Positions 62,932 to 64,000 of a stretch of DNA of 64,000 nucleotides are shown here, piece by piece (the first letter of the stretch is position 1; each line of letters starts with the position of its first letter). Below the pieces are notes generated by a model. The model had not been told where the DNA came from. It searched no databases and saw only the letters and a list, made by a program, of their open reading frames with translations. The stretch is taken from NCBI GenBank assembly GCA_001825035.1, contig MHUO01000004.1:155476-219475 (forward strand), written 5' to 3'. Position numbers and translations under genes: made by a program. This DNA comes from Candidatus Wildermuthbacteria bacterium RIFOXYD1_FULL_50_12 (lineage in GTDB: Bacteria; Patescibacteriota; Minisyncoccia; Minisyncoccales; UBA10102).

Positions 62932-64000
62932 GTGACGGCTCGCGATTTTTTCAAATTATCAGCAGTTCTGGTTCTTGAGATTTTCATCGCGTATGGGATG
63001 ATTTTCGTTTTGGAAGAAGCTGAAGAAATTGCTGAGATCGCGAATTTTCCTCAAGCGCCAGCGCCCGCACGCGCCTTGTCGGTGATAGGGCCGGTCGTCC
63101 AAGATTTGCCGGAGGAGCCGTCTCAGCCTTTGCTCCAAGACGGGCTGGCAAATCCCCCCGAAATCATCAAGGCGGTGTATCTTACGAGCTGGTCTGCGGG
63201 AACTTCAGCGAGGATTGATTATGTGGCTAATCTTGCCAAGACCACGGAACTCAACGCCGTCGTTATTGACATTAAGGACTTTTCGGGCGAGATCGCGTAT
63301 TTTACCAATGTGCCGGAAGCTTTCACATACGGCGCTCATCGAATAAAGATAGGGGATATTGAAGCCCTGCTGAAGCGGCTGCACGAGGAGGGGTTATACG
63401 TTATTGCGCGCGTTACGGTGTTCCAAGACCCGGTGCTGGCGAGGGCGCGGCCCGATCTTGCGGTGCAGAGCATCGCAAAAGAAGGCGTCTGGGCCGACTA
63501 CAAAGGGTTAGCATGGGTGGATCCCGCGTCTCGCCAAGTTTGGAACTATATTGTGTCCATCACAAGGGATGCGGCAAGCAGGGGGTTTGACGAAATAAAT
63601 TTTGACTACGTGCGTTTTCCTTCGGACGGCAATCTGCAGGACATGCGTTTCCCTGTCTGGGACGGACGGATGCCACAACAGCAGATTATACGGGAATTTT
63701 TCGCTTACTTGCGGGAACATCTGTCAGACGTAACGATTTCCGCGGATTTGTTCGGCCTGTCAACGTCCAGCAGAGACGATCTTGGCATCGGGCAGATAAT
63801 TGAAGATGCTTTTGAGTACTTTGATTATGTGTATCCTATGGTATATCCTTCCCATTACGCTGACGGATACCGAGGATACTGGAACCCCGCAGAATATCCT
63901 TATGAGGTAGTGCATTTTTCTCTCGCGAGCGCGCAGGTGCGTCTGGCGGCGCTGCGCGCCGCCAGACCGGAACGTCAGTTTGCCAAACTCCGCCCTTGGC
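62932..64000 (+). CDS. Partial (5' portion) membrane-anchored TIM-barrel glycoside-hydrolase-like protein (DUF4015-like); runs off window end
   Basis: Open frame from GTG 62932 to the window end: N-terminal TM helix, then IKAVYLTSWSAG...VIDIKDFSGE...INFDYVRFP. Absent from the track because it has no stop codon. Confidence 0.4.
   Translation, partial: MTARDFFKLSAVLVLEIFIAYGMIFVLEEAEEIAEIANFPQAPAPARALSVIGPVVQDLPEEPSQPLLQDGLANPPEIIKAVYLTSWSAGTSARIDYVANLAKTTELNAVVIDIKDFSGEIAYFTNVPEAFTYGAHRIKIGDIEALLKRLHEEGLYVIARVTVFQDPVLARARPDLAVQSIAKEGVWADYKGLAWVDPASRQVWNYIVSITRDAASRGFDEINFDYVRFPSDGNLQDMRFPVWDGRMPQQQIIREFFAYLREHLSDVTISADLFGLSTSSRDDLGIGQIIEDAFEYFDYVYPMVYPSHYADGYRGYWNPAEYPYEVVHFSLASAQVRLAALRAARPERQFAKLRPW

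Noticed and set aside
1-64000. CRISPR arrays, rRNA genes, IS elements or transposases, and integrase genes
   Set aside because: No direct-repeat/spacer periodicity, no rRNA-like conserved stretches and no DDE/tyrosine-recombinase motifs were seen. The only repeats found are the promoter/leader duplicate (25264 and 28394) and the TGYCATGGG junction motif.

Overview
This window reads like an uncultivated, small-genome bacterium with consensus sigma70 promoters, many overlapping ATGA start/stop junctions and several leaderless starts. A Patescibacteria-like origin is only an inference. Positions 1-32741 form one same-strand, ~35-gene surface-glycan locus that merges three nucleotide-sugar routes: GDP-(6-deoxy)heptose (HddA, an HddC-GmhB fusion, GmhA, an RmlC-like epimerase), a CMP-nonulosonate route (NeuA-like, NeuB-like, a PglF-like dehydratase, DegT aminotransferases, a GNAT), and CDP-3,6-dideoxyhexose (RfbF, RfbG, RfbH). 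The locus also carries two split-transketolase pairs, four methyltransferases, a GT10 fucosyltransferase-like enzyme, two GT2 enzymes, a PglC-like initiating transferase, a Wzx flippase and a secreted FN3-repeat protein under a perfect promoter. Two convergent PP2C-like genes interrupt it and are flanked by a duplicated ~45-nt promoter/leader element. Downstream come murB (preceded by a highly structured promoter-plus-terminator leader), a 42-aa polybasic mini-ORF, and secA. After secA there is an odd array of small genes whose Met-Gly start codons lie inside the Cys-His-Gly codons of full or vestigial SecA-type SEC-C zinc-finger tails (a recurring TGYCATGGG motif); the array includes two papain/transglutaminase-like cysteine peptidases. 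Next is a nucleotide house-cleaning island: ITPase, four NUDIX hydrolases (one frameshifted), Maf, an IMPase-like enzyme, a Qng1-like protein, CsaA, and a SET-domain gene with an in-frame TAG. The remainder holds secDF, a sigma-70 region-4 protein, a membrane protein plus TraD/VirD4-like zinc-ribbon ATPase pair, pgk, a DHH phosphoesterase, rnhA, a minus-strand RNase P RNA with back-to-back promoters shared with leaderless murJ, a P-type ATPase, lepA, a YerC-like protein, a HisG-like protein, an FtsB-like protein, tRNA-Gly(CCC), tRNA-Thr(CGU) and a 3' partial TIM-barrel protein. No CRISPR array, rRNA or transposase was seen. Hand-derived coordinates may be off by 1-2 nt.
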